Assembly: GCA_028826165.1 (NCBI GenBank)
Contig: JAPDFW010000062.1
Span: forward strand, 1-64,000
Length of the DNA: 64,000 nucleotides
DNA from: Anaeramoeba ignava BMAN
Taxonomy: Eukaryota > Protista > Anaeramoebae
Direction of reading: 5' to 3'
Made by a program: the position numbers and the translations under genes. The notes beneath the pieces are model-generated. The model saw only the letters and a program-made list of their open reading frames with translations, searched no databases and had not been told where the DNA came from. The stretch's first letter is position 1; each line of letters starts with the position of its first letter. Shown in pieces: positions 51,436 to 64,000 of this stretch.

Positions 51436-54400
51436 TTAATAATTAATAGTAATAATTTCTCTTCCAGTTCCTCGAATTAATAAAGCTCGAGAAAGTCCAT
51501 TTGTTAAAACATCAACATATTCCATATAATCTGTTGGCATTTGTTCAAATTCTGGACATGGTAAATTAACAAGAACCATTTCAGATAATTCACTATATTT
51601 AATCATATAAAGATTTAATCTTTTAGCAGCTTCAATTCTAAGTGCATGTCTATCGAAAAATTGACTATCAGTATCACTTTCGATTTCTTTTTCATTTTCT
51701 TTATCATTTTCTTTTGCTTTTGCTTTTGCTTTTTCTTTTTCAATTTCTTTTTCAATTTCATCTTCATTTTCGATTTCAACAAAAGGTTCATCTTCAAGCT
51801 TAAGATGAGTATTAAGTTTCTGAAGAGATAAACTTTGATGAAGCATTCCTTGTTCAATTTCATCAAGCATTAATAAACTTCCTGATTTTTGAACATGAAT
51901 AGTATCAAATAATTCATGTCGATCATGAATATCTTCATTTAAATGTGACATAAATGGTAAGAAATCTTCAGCTTCTAATTTAATTACTAATACTTTTGCT
52001 GGAATTCTTAAAGAATACATAAGTGTTTCAATTTTACTTTTAAGTTCATTTTCATCTTCATGAGCTTCAGCAACTGTAAATATTCTAAGTTCACAATTTT
52101 GCCATACTTTGTTTCGTTTTAAAAGAAGTGCAAGAATAAGTTCTAATCCTCCATCATGAACAAACCACCAAAGATCCATTGTTCCTGAAAGTATTGTATC
52201 ATTATTAGGAAATCTTGATAAACTTTTGCAAACAATAACTGATTTTCCAAGATCATGACAAAGATGAAGAATATTAACAAATTCAAATGACCAAATTGGA
52301 TCTGATTTCCAATTTTTAGGCCAGCCAAATACAACTGTATTTGGTGTAAGTGCTCCAAGTCCTGATCCTTGAATTAAAAAGGAAATTCCACTTTCTATTG
52401 ATTGTGAAATTACTACATTTGAAAATGCTCTTACTTTCTTTTGATTTATAGCTTGTGTTATTGTTTGTTTTATACTCTCTGCCTTAATTATATTTTCTTG
52501 AGTTTCTTTTCCTTGAATTACACAACCAGCTATTGATAATCCTCGATTTTCTTTTAGTTGATAAATAAATTGAATTAATTCTCTATGAGTTGGTTCACCA
52601 TTTTCATCAACTTTAAGTAATGTTAAAATTTGAGGTCTCCAATTTTTATGATGAACTTCACGAGGATCTAATTGAAGTAAATTATTTAATGCTTGTTTAA
52701 ATCTTAATCCACTTATTGAATCACCCCATTCTTTTTCTACTCCTTTCCATTCTATATAACGATATATTGCAAAAATGAGAACTAAAGCTGCAAATGTTGT
52801 ATACCATGAAATAAGGAACATCTTTTTGGAATATTATTTGAATATTTATTTGAAATGATTATTTGAAATATTATTATTTGAAATATTATTATTTGAAATA
52901 TTTATTTTATTTAAATTATTTGATTATTTTTATTTGGATTTTTATTTGAAATGATTATTTGAAATATTATTATTTGAAATATTATTATTTGAAATATTTA
53001 TTTTATTTAAATATTTATTTGAATATTTTGATTTGAAATATTTTATTTGATTTGAAATATTTTATTTGAAATATTTTTATTTGATAAAATACCATAACTC
53101 CACTTAAAATAAATCCAATAAGAGCAGTACTCCAATGAAAATATTTCCATCTTGGTCTGAAACTTGGTGCTTTTAATACAGAAAGATTAAAACAAGTTAA
53201 ATTAATACCTCCATAACAAAGCAATAACAAAACTGTGATAATTGGAGCAACATTATTCATTTCACCTAATTGAACAAAAATCATACCAATAATCCAAGTT
53301 AAAATAAGTGCTCTTCTTGGTTCTTGTTCTTTATGCATTTTTTCAAATGGTTTTAAAAATGGAAGAAGATGATCTTTTGATAAAGCTTGTAAAATTCTTG
53401 GACTAACTGTTAAAGCTTGCAAACTTGCTCCAATAGCTGCTAATATGATTCCAATTTCAATAATATTACTTATTGGCCATCCAATATTTCTAACCATAAA
53501 TTTATCAGTTTCTAAAACTGTTCTTGTTGTTACTGAACCAAATAAAATTGCACATGTAATATAGATTATTGTAACAGTTATAATTGCTGAAAGTGTTCCT
53601 ATTGGAATTGAATGTTGTGCATCTTTTAAATCACCTGAGCGATTTGCTCCTGACATAATTCCTGATATTATTATGAATATTTTGGAATATTTTGGAATAT
53701 TTTCAATATTATTTTGGAATATTTTGAATATTTTGGAATATTTGAATAATTTTGAATATTTATTTTGGAATATTTTGAATAATATTTTGAATATTATTTT
53801 GGAATATTTTGAATATTATTTTGAATATTATTGAATATTATGAATATTATTGAATATTTTTGGATATTTGATTTAGAATATTTTTGAATATTTTGAATAT
53901 TATTTTGGAATATTTTTGGATATTATTGAATATTTTGAATATTATTTTGGAATATTTATTTTGAATAATTATTTTGAATATTTATTTTGAATATTTTGAA
54001 TATTATGAATATTATTTTGAATATTATTTTGAATAATTTTGAATATTATTTTTGAATATTATTTTGGAATATTTTGGATATTTTGGAATATTATTTTGAA
54101 TATTTATTTTGAATAATTATTTTGAATATTTATTTTGAATAATTATTTTGAATATTTATTTTGAATATTATGAATATTATTTTGAATAATATTTTGAATA
54201 TTTATTTTGAATATTTTGAATATTATTTTGAATATTTATTTTGAATATTTGATTTTGAATATTTTGAAATATTTGAATAATTTTGAATATTTATTTTGGA
54301 ATATTTTGAATAATATTTTGAATATTATTTTGGAATATTTTGAATAATATTTTGAATATTTTGAATATTATTTTGAATATTATTTTGAATATTATTTTGA

Positions 54401-56206
54401 ATATTTATTTTGAATATTTTGAATATTTTTGAATAATTATTTTGGGATATTATCTTTGAAATTGCAAAAAATTAAAAATTACCTGTAACAGCAGGAAAAT
54501 AAACTGATAAAAGTCGGGGGAAAGAAGTTGAACCAGTTGCATCTTGAAATGATGAATCTAAATTACTTTTCAATTTACTTGCATTAGCAGCACTATATTC
54601 ACTTGATGCTCTTGAATTTGGTCCAATAAAGAAACCCAAATACATTGAAAGAACTGAAATAAGAACAACAGCTAAAAATAAAGCTCCAAATCGAGATACA
54701 TGCTTTATTCCAACTAAAAATTGAAATAATATTTTGAATATTTGATTTTGAATATTATTGAATAATTTTTAATATTTTGAATATTTGATTTAGAATATTT
54801 TTGAATACTATAGACAAGAAGCGTCAAAATTGTAATTGCAATCATTGCAAATATTTGTTTATTATATGCGTTTGTAAAATTATAATGAGTAATTGACACA
54901 AATGCTTCAACAGCTCCTAATGTGTGTAAACTTGAAAGTAATGCATTCCCAAGAAAATAAAGAACTAAACCAGAAAAAAAATTATTTTTTGTTGGAGAAT
55001 TAGATAAGAATTTAGTTTGATATTTAATTTTGATTTAATTTAATTTGATTTAATTTGATATTGATTTGATTTTTGATATTTGATTTGATATTTGATTTAA
55101 TTTAATATTGATATTTAATTTAATATTTGATATTTAATTTGATTTAATTTGATTTGATTTGATATTTGATATTTGATTTGATTTGATTTGATTTGATTTG
55201 ATTTAATTTGATTTTGATTTTGATTTGATTTAATTTAATTTAATATTTGATTTGATTTGATATTTAATTTGATATTTGATTTAATTTTGATTTAATTTGA
55301 TTTGATTTGATATTTGATTTGATTTTTCTATAAAATTTATTACGCCCAAAAGCTCCTCCAAATGCAGGTCCAAGTGCTCTTGAAATCATAATATAAGCAC
55401 CTCCAGCTAAAATTATTATTATTATTATTGTTATTAAAATTATTGTTATTGTTATTAATAAATTTAATAAAAAAAGAAGAGAAAAAAGGATAAATTACGT
55501 GGCAAAACTCCATTAGTTGAAACAGCAGATAAAGAAAGACCAGTTAATAAAGCAATAGAACAACACATAATAACAATTAATAAACCAAGACCAACTCCAG
55601 CATGTCCAATAATCCAAGGAAGTCTTAAGAAAAGCAAAATACCTAAAATATTTTGCATTGAAGGAAAATAAACACCTAAAACTGTTCCAATTAATGCTTT
55701 TTTGGTTTTTGGTTTTGAAGGTTCTTCATTATCTCTCTTTTCAATAACATCTTTTCCAGTAAAAAATTCTGAATGAGGTTGTTCTAATAAAAGTTCAGAA
55801 ACTCTATAACGTCCTTGAGCCTTTTTTTTGAATTAAATTGAAAATTGAATTAAAAATTAAATTAAGAATTGAATTAAAAATTAAATTAAAAATTGAATTA
55901 AGAATTGAATTAAAAATTGAATTAAAAATTGAATTAAAAATTGAATTAAATATTGAATTAAATATTGAATTAAGAATTGAATTAAAAATTGAATATTGAA
56001 TTAAATTAAGAATTGAATTGAATTGAATATTAAATTTAATTTACTTCTGTAAATAATCTTGATGTTGTTGGTGTTTCTCCTTTTTTTCGTGTTTGACTTG
56101 AAAGTGTTTGTGTTTGTGTTTGTTCTTCTTGTTGTTCTGGATTTGTAAATGATTCTAACTCAATTTCTGTGTTTATATCCGTTGTAACCCAATCAGTATC
56201 AGTCAT
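51436..56206 (-). CDS. SLC12 cation-chloride cotransporter family, copy 2; exons 56206-56045, 55820-55499, 55406-55344, 54964-54809, 54713-54483, 53661-53093, 52821-51436
   Basis: Near-identical exons and intron positions to copy 1; canonical MQNILG and GIMSGANRSGDL. Confidence 0.93.
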
Positions 56207-56461
56207 TTTATTTTTTTTAATTTAAATTCTGTTTGATTTTTGTTTGATTTTGTTTTTTTAAAAAAAAAGAAAAGAAAAAATGAATTAAAGAAAAAAAAAT
56301 TTATTTAATTATTTAATTGATTACTAAATAATAAACAATTCCAAAAAAAAAATATTTTCCTTTTCAAAAAATGGATTATTTAACCTTTAAAAAGAAAGAC
56401 AAAATTTTATTAAACAAAGTGGAACAATAATTGATTTTTTCTTTTAAAAAATGATCTTTAT

Positions 56462-59400
56462 TTATTTTCTTTTAGTTGTTCTCCCTCTTCTTGGTTTTTT
56501 AGTTTGATTTCCAAAATTTTCTTCAAAATCTGGAACAACTTCAATTAAAGAAACTCCTAAAGATTTAATTTCTTCATTTGTTCTTTGTTCTTTTTCTGAT
56601 AAATCAAACCACAATGATTTAAATTTTGGATCAATATTGAGTTCGAATTCTTCATTTATTCGAAATAACGTGTATTTTTTATTATCATCATTTTGAATTA
56701 GAATAATTTTCTTTTGTGATCCTAATTCCTTTTTTATTAAAAGTTTTATAAATAATTTTATAAATAATTTTATAAATAATTTTATAAATAATTTTATAAA
56801 TAATTTTATATTTAATTTTATATATAATTTTATAAATAATTTTATAAATAATTTTATATATAATTTTATATTTAATTTTATATTTAATTTTATAAATAAT
56901 TTTATAATTAATTTTATAATTAATTTTATAATTAATTTTATATTTAATTTTATATTTAATTTTATAAATAATTTTATAATTAATTTTATAAATAATTTTA
57001 TAATTAATTTTATAATTAATTTTATAAATAATTTTATAAATATTTTTATTAATAATATTATAATTAATTTTATAAATAATTTTATAAATAATTTTATAAA
57101 TAAATTTATTAATAATTTTATAAATAATTTAATAAATAATTTTATAAATAATTTTATAAATAATTTTATAAATAATTTTATAAATAATTTTATAATTAAT
57201 TTTATAATTAATTTTATAATTAATTTTATAAATAATTTTATAAATAATTTTATATATAATTTTATAATTAATTTTATAAATAATTTTATAATTAATTTTA
57301 TAAATAATTTTATAATTAATTTTATAATTAATTTTATAAATAATTTTATTAATAATTTTATAAATAATTTTATATTTAATTTTATAATTAATTTTATAAT
57401 TAATTTTATAATTAATATTATAAATAATTTTATAAATAATTTTATAAATAATTTTATATATAATTTAATAAATAAATTTATTAATAATTTTATAAATAAT
57501 TTAATAAATAAATTTATTAATAATTTTATAAATAATTTTATAAATAATTTTATAAATAATTTTATAAATAATTTTATAAATAATTTTATATTTAATTTTA
57601 TATTTAATTTTATAAATAATTTTATAAATAATTTTATAAATAATTTTATAAATAATTTTATAATTAATTTTTATAATTAATTTTATAATTAATTTTATAA
57701 TTAATTTTATAAATAATTTTATAATTAATTTTATAAATAATTTTATATTTAATTTTATAATTAATTTTATAATTAATTTTATAAATAATTTTATAATTAA
57801 TTTTATAAATAATTTAATAATAATTTTATAATTAATTTTATAAATAATTTTATAAATAATTTTATAAATAATTTTATAAATAATTTTATAAATAATTTTA
57901 TTAATAATTTTATAAATAATATTATAATTAATTTTATAATTAATTTTATAATTAATTTTATTAATAATTTTATTAATAATATTATAATTAATTTTATAAT
58001 TAATTTTATAAATAATATTATAATTAATTTTATAAATAATTTTATAAATAATATTATAATTAATTTTATAATTAATTTTATAAATAATTTTATAAATAAT
58101 TTTATTAATAATATTATAATTAATTTTATAAATAATTTTATAATTAATTTTATAATTAATTTTATAAATAATTTTATAAATAATTTTATAAATAATTTTA
58201 TAAATAATTTTATAAATAATTTTATAAATAATTTTATAAATAATTTTATAAATAATTTAATAAATAATTTTATAAATAATTTTATAATTAATTTTATAAA
58301 TAATTTTATAAATAATTTTATATTTAATTTAATAAATAATTTTATTAATAATATTATAAATAATTTAATAAATAATTTAATAAATAATTTTATATATAAT
58401 TTTATAAATAATTTTATATTTAATTTAATTAATAATTTTATTAATAATTTAATAAATAATTTTATATTTAATTTTATAATTAATTTTATAAATAATTTTA
58501 TAAATAATTTTATAAATAATTTTATAAATAATTTTATAAATAATTTTATAAATAATTTTATAAATAATTTTATAATTAATTTTATTAATAATTTTATAAT
58601 TAATTTTATAATTAATTTTATTAATAATTTTATAATTAATTTTATAAATAATTTTATAATTAATTTTATAATTAATTTTATAATTAATTTTATTAATAAT
58701 TTTATAAATAATTTTATATTTAATTTTATAAATAATTTTATAAATAATTTTATATTTTATTTTATAAATAATTTTATATTTAATTTTATAAATAATTTTA
58801 TAAATAATTTTATAAATAATTTTATAAATAATTTTATAAATAATTTTATATTTTATTTTATAATTAATTTTATAAATAATTTTATAAATAATTTTATAAA
58901 TAATTTTATAAATAATTTTATAAATAATTTTATATTTAATTTTATATTTAATTTTATAAATAATTTTATATTTAATTTTATAAATAATTTTATAAATAAT
59001 TTTATATTTAATTTTATATTTAATTTTATAATTAATTTTATATTTAATTTTATAAATAATTTTATAAATAATTTTATAATTAATTTTATAAATAATTTTA
59101 TAAATAATTTTATAAATAATTTTATAATAGTCTACTTTCACATCCATCAAAATATCAGGATAAGCATCTTCTAAATCAGAAAAAGCTAAACCATTTTCTG
59201 AATGATTTACCAAATTCAAAATATCATCTTTATTATGAACTTGGTGTTTAGATTTATATAAAAACATATTATCTTTAATTTCAATTTTAGGATTTTTTTT
59301 GAGAGTTTGAAACAATTCATTTTTTGCTGAATGACCATGTTCAAAAATATCAACACCAGTTTGACTATGAATCTCTCCTGCAGAAAATGGTCTTCTTTCT

Positions 59401-59609
59401 GATTCACCAAGAAATGTAACTACTTTGTATATTTGAGATTCAATTGATACTTTTTGGTTTTGATTTCTTGAATTAAAAATTGTTGCATCTGTTTTTATAA
59501 GTCTTGTTTTTTTTTGATTTGTATTTTGATTTGTATTTTGATTTCTGTTTGTCTTTGCTTTTGTTTGTCTTTTATAAAAATTTAATCTTGTTTCTTTTAA
59601 ATCAGACAT
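56462..59609 (-). CDS. GTF2E2: Transcription initiation factor IIE beta subunit; exons 59609-59136, 56728-56462
   Basis: LKKNPKIE..FLYKSKHQVHNKDDIL..GLAFSDLEDAYPD and, in exon 2, LFR..IDPKFKSLW, which match TFA2/TFIIE-beta winged-helix motifs. Confidence 0.82.
56745..59126. repeat. ~2.4-kb (AATAATTTTATA)n 12-bp minisatellite filling the TFIIE-beta intron
   Basis: Direct reading; source of the spurious IIYK tail of ORF 58449-59609. Confidence 0.95.
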
Positions 59610-59705
59610 TTTAAAAAAAAAATGAGAAAATAAAAATGAAAAAAATGAAAAAATAAAATGAAGTTTTTTTTATTATTAAAAAAAAAAAAAATTTCAATTT
59701 GATTT

Positions 59706-62700
59706 TTAATTTTGACCCTTTAATTTGCGGAAAGCATTAGACCAATCAGGATAATCAGAGGAACTAATAGAAACAGTAACTTCTCTAAAATCAGGAGCTT
59801 TTTGGATCAGATTAACTTTTTTCCTTGTAGACATACGAGGAGATTCCAAAGTGATAGTGCTATGAATATTTAAAATTTGGATCGGAAAATCTGAATCAGT
59901 TGAAGGTTTCTTTTTAAAAATGCCAACAAATTTATCCTTCATAATCATATAGTATTTCTTTGGTAAAAAATCACTTTTCTTGTTTGTAACAAGTTGGATC
60001 TGACTTTCCATTCTTGAAGGAGCGTTAGAATCCTTCCATTGATTCAATAATAGCAAATCAACCTCTTCTTTAGTCATATTTGACTCTTCATTCCATTTTC
60101 TATTCTTCATAATTGCAAGTACATGTTTCCCAATAAACTTTGTTGTGCTTGTCATTTCTTCCAGTGCTTTTTCAAATGATGCCAGTAGTTTTTCATGAGC
60201 ATTTGTGTCAAATTCTTCGGATTGTTCTTCGTTTTCTACTATTAAATCTGCAAAATAATTTTTCAAATCAGATCGAATGTCTAAAAGAATCTCAATTTGG
60301 GTTAAATTATCAGGTGAAGTAAATATAGATCCGATTGTTGTTGATTGAATGGGTTGATCTTCTTTAATCACGTTCTGTTGATAAAAAGGGATTTTAAGTT
60401 GAGTTGAATCAAGATTTTCAATATTCTAAAAAAATTATTTAATAAAATTAAATAAAAATTATTTATAAAATTCTTTATAAAATTAAATATAAAATTAAAT
60501 ATAAAATTATTAATAAAATTATTTATAAAATTAATTATAATATTATATATAAAATTATTTATAAAATTAAATATAAAATTATTTATAAAATTCAATAAAA
60601 AATTATTAATAAAATTATTTATAAAATTATATATAAAATTATTTATAAAATTATTTATAAAATTATTTAATAAAATTATATATAATATTATTAATAAAAT
60701 TATTTATAAAATTAAATATAAAATTATTTATAAAATTATTTAATAAAATTAAATAAAAATTATTTATAAAATTATTTATAAAATTATATATAAAATTATT
60801 TATAAAATTATTTATAAAATTATTTATAATATTATATATAAAATTATTTATAAAATTAATTATAATATTATATATAAAATTCATTTAGAGAAACAAACAG
60901 ATAAAAATTCAAATAAATTTTTCCTTTCTTGTAATCGTGATTCAATTTCTGAATTAAGTATTTGGAATTGTTCTCTTGATTGACTAAATTTGGTTCCTCG
61001 AGCTAATTGTTGAATCACAGTTGAGATCAATACTAATCCACGATTTACGAAATCATTAGTCTTATCTAATAATAATTTAAATCAAAACATTTCTTTAAAT
61101 AAATAAATTAAAATATTTATATATATTTCAATTTACAATTAATAATGGAAAACTTATTTGGAGAAACAATCACTGGACAGAATAGTTTTAAAAGAATAAA
61201 TGAACCAATTACAACAAGTGGATCGGATTCGTCTTGAGAAGTTTTGGCGATTTCATTAGCGACGAATCTTAGTTGAAAAGGGAAATTTTCTTTTGATTCG
61301 TAAATTGCGTTCCAAATAACGGAAATGAATTTTTTCAAGTTTACGAGATTGATTTGGAATTTGTCAGCATCAACAACATTAAGATCAATCTCAAACTCTT
61401 TACTGGAAATACACAAATCATTGATTGGAGATTTCAGTGTTGAAATGAGATATTTATTGCCGTAAGTAATTGCGTATAAAGATAAAAGTTTTGAAGGTAA
61501 TGTGTTTAATCTAAACATGTGTTCGTGCTTTGTTTTTGTTTTTTTTTCTTGGTATATTGCGTATTTTATAAGAGGAAAAGCAAGTCCCAAATGGTCAAAA
61601 AAATCAAATATATAAGAAGCAAATACAGAGAAGAATTCTTGTGAATAATCCCGCGAAAATAAATGTTGGAAATAAATAAAATCATTGAGATCGAAAAAAT
61701 TTGAGAATTGAGGATTAAATTTTTCGAAATCCTCACTATTTTCAATATTTTCGTTGTTATTTTCAATATTTTCATTATTTTCGTTGTTTTCATTATTTTC
61801 ATTATTTTCATTGTTATTTTCTTTATTATCTTTCTCAATGATTTCCAGATATTTTTGGTTAAACATTTCATATTGATCTTCACTTTTTTGATTTTCATGA
61901 ACAATAAATTTAATTGTTGATCCAAAAGCATGTCTTTTTGATATTGACAAGAATTTTTGAGCATGTGATTGGGGTGAATTTAAACGCCAATGTCTAAATA
62001 ATTCTGTGAATATATCAAGAAATTGATCGAAGTTAGGTATTCCACAAACAACATTTTCAAGACTATGAGTAATAGTTTCCTTAAAAGAATCAACGTTTTC
62101 TAATTGAAAACAAAACAGTAAATTAATTTTTGAATTATTTGAATTAATAATTTTTGAATTATTTGAATAAATATTATTTTAATTAGTAATATTTAAATAA
62201 ATAATTTTTGAATTAATTTTTAAATAAATAATTTTTAAATTAATAATTTAAATTAATAATTTGGATTCAATCAAATTTTACTTTCGGTAATTATTTTCGT
62301 TTTCATGAGTAATTTTGTAAGACGTGATGTGAAGCATTTTATAAACTCTATATCATAGAAATATAATTGAAATAAATGATTTAATGGTTTTGTCATTGCT
62401 TTTGAAGATTCACGAAGAATATTATTTTTGGTAAGAATATCCATAATTTGGGTTTTCATTTGAGGAACATCATCTTTATATTGGATAATACTTAATTTGA
62501 TTTGAGAATTAACAGTTGAAAGAAATTTGGGTATTCCATAAGATTGAGCGATTTTTTTAATAGAAGAAAGAAGGGCTTTATTATTTCTTGTGAATTCCTA
62601 TATCAAAATATTTTAAATTAAATTAAATTAAATAAAATTAATTAAATTAAATTAATTAAATTAAATTAAATTAAATTAAATTAAAATTAAATTAAATTAA

Positions 62701-63912
62701 ATAAAATTAAATTAAATTAAATTAAAATATTCACAGGTGTTCCTATTTTTTGTGCTTCTTGATCAACAGCAGATATTAGGAGATTTTCACCTTTAGAGAA
62801 CTCTTTAAGATTGTTGAGAATTTTGTGCATGTTTCTTTGTATTTTTTTCTCGTGATCTCTGATAGAATCACTTAATCGAGAAATTTCAGACATTTTATCT
62901 GTTTTAACAATCATATTTTCTTTTGGATCAGCAATTTTAAACTGTTCAGCATGAATTTGTAGTGATTCATCAACGGAATCTTTTTTAAGATCAATTCCAA
63001 ATGATTTTGTGAAATCCGACACTAATTTATCAAGTATTTCTCCTTGATTTTCTGTGATTTCTTGAGTTGATTTGTGATTTTTTTCGTCAGGAAATAATTG
63101 GCTGATTTCAACAAGAGTATTTGAAATTCTTGACAAATTCACACTGTTGTCAACTTGCGATAAATCAACTTGAGTTTCAGCTTGTTTTTGTTCGGATTGT
63201 GAATGTTTTGGTTCGGATTGTGAAAATCTTGAATCGGAAAATTTTGAATCTGAAAATTTTGTGTTTAATTGAGGTGTTGACAATTTGAAGTTGAATTTTG
63301 ATAGAATATTATCCAGTTTAGGTGTGTTTGATTTTGGGCGTTCAATTTTTTCTTCTAAATTAACAGGAGATTTTTGTTTTGATGATTTTTGGGTTTCTGT
63401 AGTTTCATTTATGCTTGTTTTTTTAGCTAAATATGGAGAAGTTGGGGATTTTCTTTGGGGTGTTGCATCGGTATTTTTGTTTTGCGTTGTTGAATATCTT
63501 GAAAGCATCTCATGAATGTTTGAATTACTTTTTTCGGATAAAGTTGGAGAAGGCGATTGATTTCTTTTTGTTTGAATTTCTTTTTGATAAATGGAAGTTG
63601 GAGATTTTGGCTTTCGAATTTGATTTTGTTTGTGTTTCTTCGTTTTGTGTTGTTTCTGTTTTAGTTTCTTTGTGTGATATCATTTGATTAATTGGCGATT
63701 TTGATTTTTGTTTGATTCTTGATAAAATATCTTGGATGTTTGATTTCTAAAAAGAGGTGATTATTAATAAGATGAAATTTTTCTTTTTATTAATGTTGAG
63801 TTACTTTTTCTGCACTTTGTTCTGTTGGAGTTTTGGGTCTTTCTTTTAATGGAAGTCCTGATTTCCATAAGAACATTTGGGCAAGAATTTTCAAAATTTC
63901 GTTTTCGTTTCC
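59706..63912 (-). CDS. RasGAP-domain protein with probable C-terminal PH domain (5' end outside window); exons include ~63746-62735, 62597-62282, 62099-61137, 61065-60899, 60425-59706
   Basis: MFRLNTLPSKLL (arginine finger), FPFQLRFV, GSFILLKLFCPVIVSP and RGLVLISTVIQQLA. Phase-consistent introns; probable frameshift error near 63610. Confidence 0.85.
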
Positions 63913-64000
63913 CTTAATTTTAATTTTAATTTTAAATTTAAAATGAATTTTAAAATGAATTTCAAATTGAATTTTAAATTTAAAATGAATTTCAAAATGA

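Noticed and set aside
5773-59135. Selection against AG dinucleotides in expanded introns
   Set aside because: Intergenic repeats also lack AG, and some expanded introns contain AAGATC, so base composition alone can explain the pattern.
5977-60884. Numerous ILILIL, IKIKIK, FISI, NIYF and IIYK ORFs in the ORF track
   Set aside because: They are translations of intronic or intergenic simple repeats, not genes.
1-64000. Inteins, tRNA/rRNA genes, transposases or reverse transcriptases, non-GT-AG introns
   Set aside because: I recognised no such motifs, and every intron I reconstructed is GT-AG. Small ncRNAs cannot be excluded without covariance-model searches.

Overview
Very AT-rich, intron-containing eukaryotic DNA (protist-like). 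The style of A-rich introns bloated by simple repeats, and TCAYT elements just upstream of start codons, would fit an anaerobic metamonad such as Anaeramoeba; this is inference only. By joining GT-AG exons by hand I reconstruct about 15 genes. In order they are: an RNF213-like E3 C-terminal region with an 18-bp coding minisatellite, CPSF4/YTH1, an SH3-DOCK GEF, a FYVE protein with unrecognised flanking domains, a TALE homeobox gene, a large unknown protein, three tandem MG-x-x-x-S PAS/coiled-coil paralogs, an atypical AGC kinase, an intronless P-loop NTPase + PD-(D/E)xK-like (Crinkler/RHS-type) gene, two tandem SLC12 transporters plus a 3' remnant, TFIIE-beta, and a 5'-truncated RasGAP. Most short ORFs in the track are repeat artefacts. 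Several single-base frameshifts in A-runs look like assembly errors. Best observations: (1) a probable single-nucleotide exon in CPSF4; (2) paralog-specific, repeat-driven intron expansion plus a sense-oriented intronic motif shared by unrelated genes; (3) a co-oriented cluster of lipid-anchored PAS proteins and a non-RD AGC kinase; (4) an NTPase-nuclease gene bracketed by a 300-bp duplication; (5) a palindrome-rich satellite with a ~146-bp (nucleosome-length) unit.
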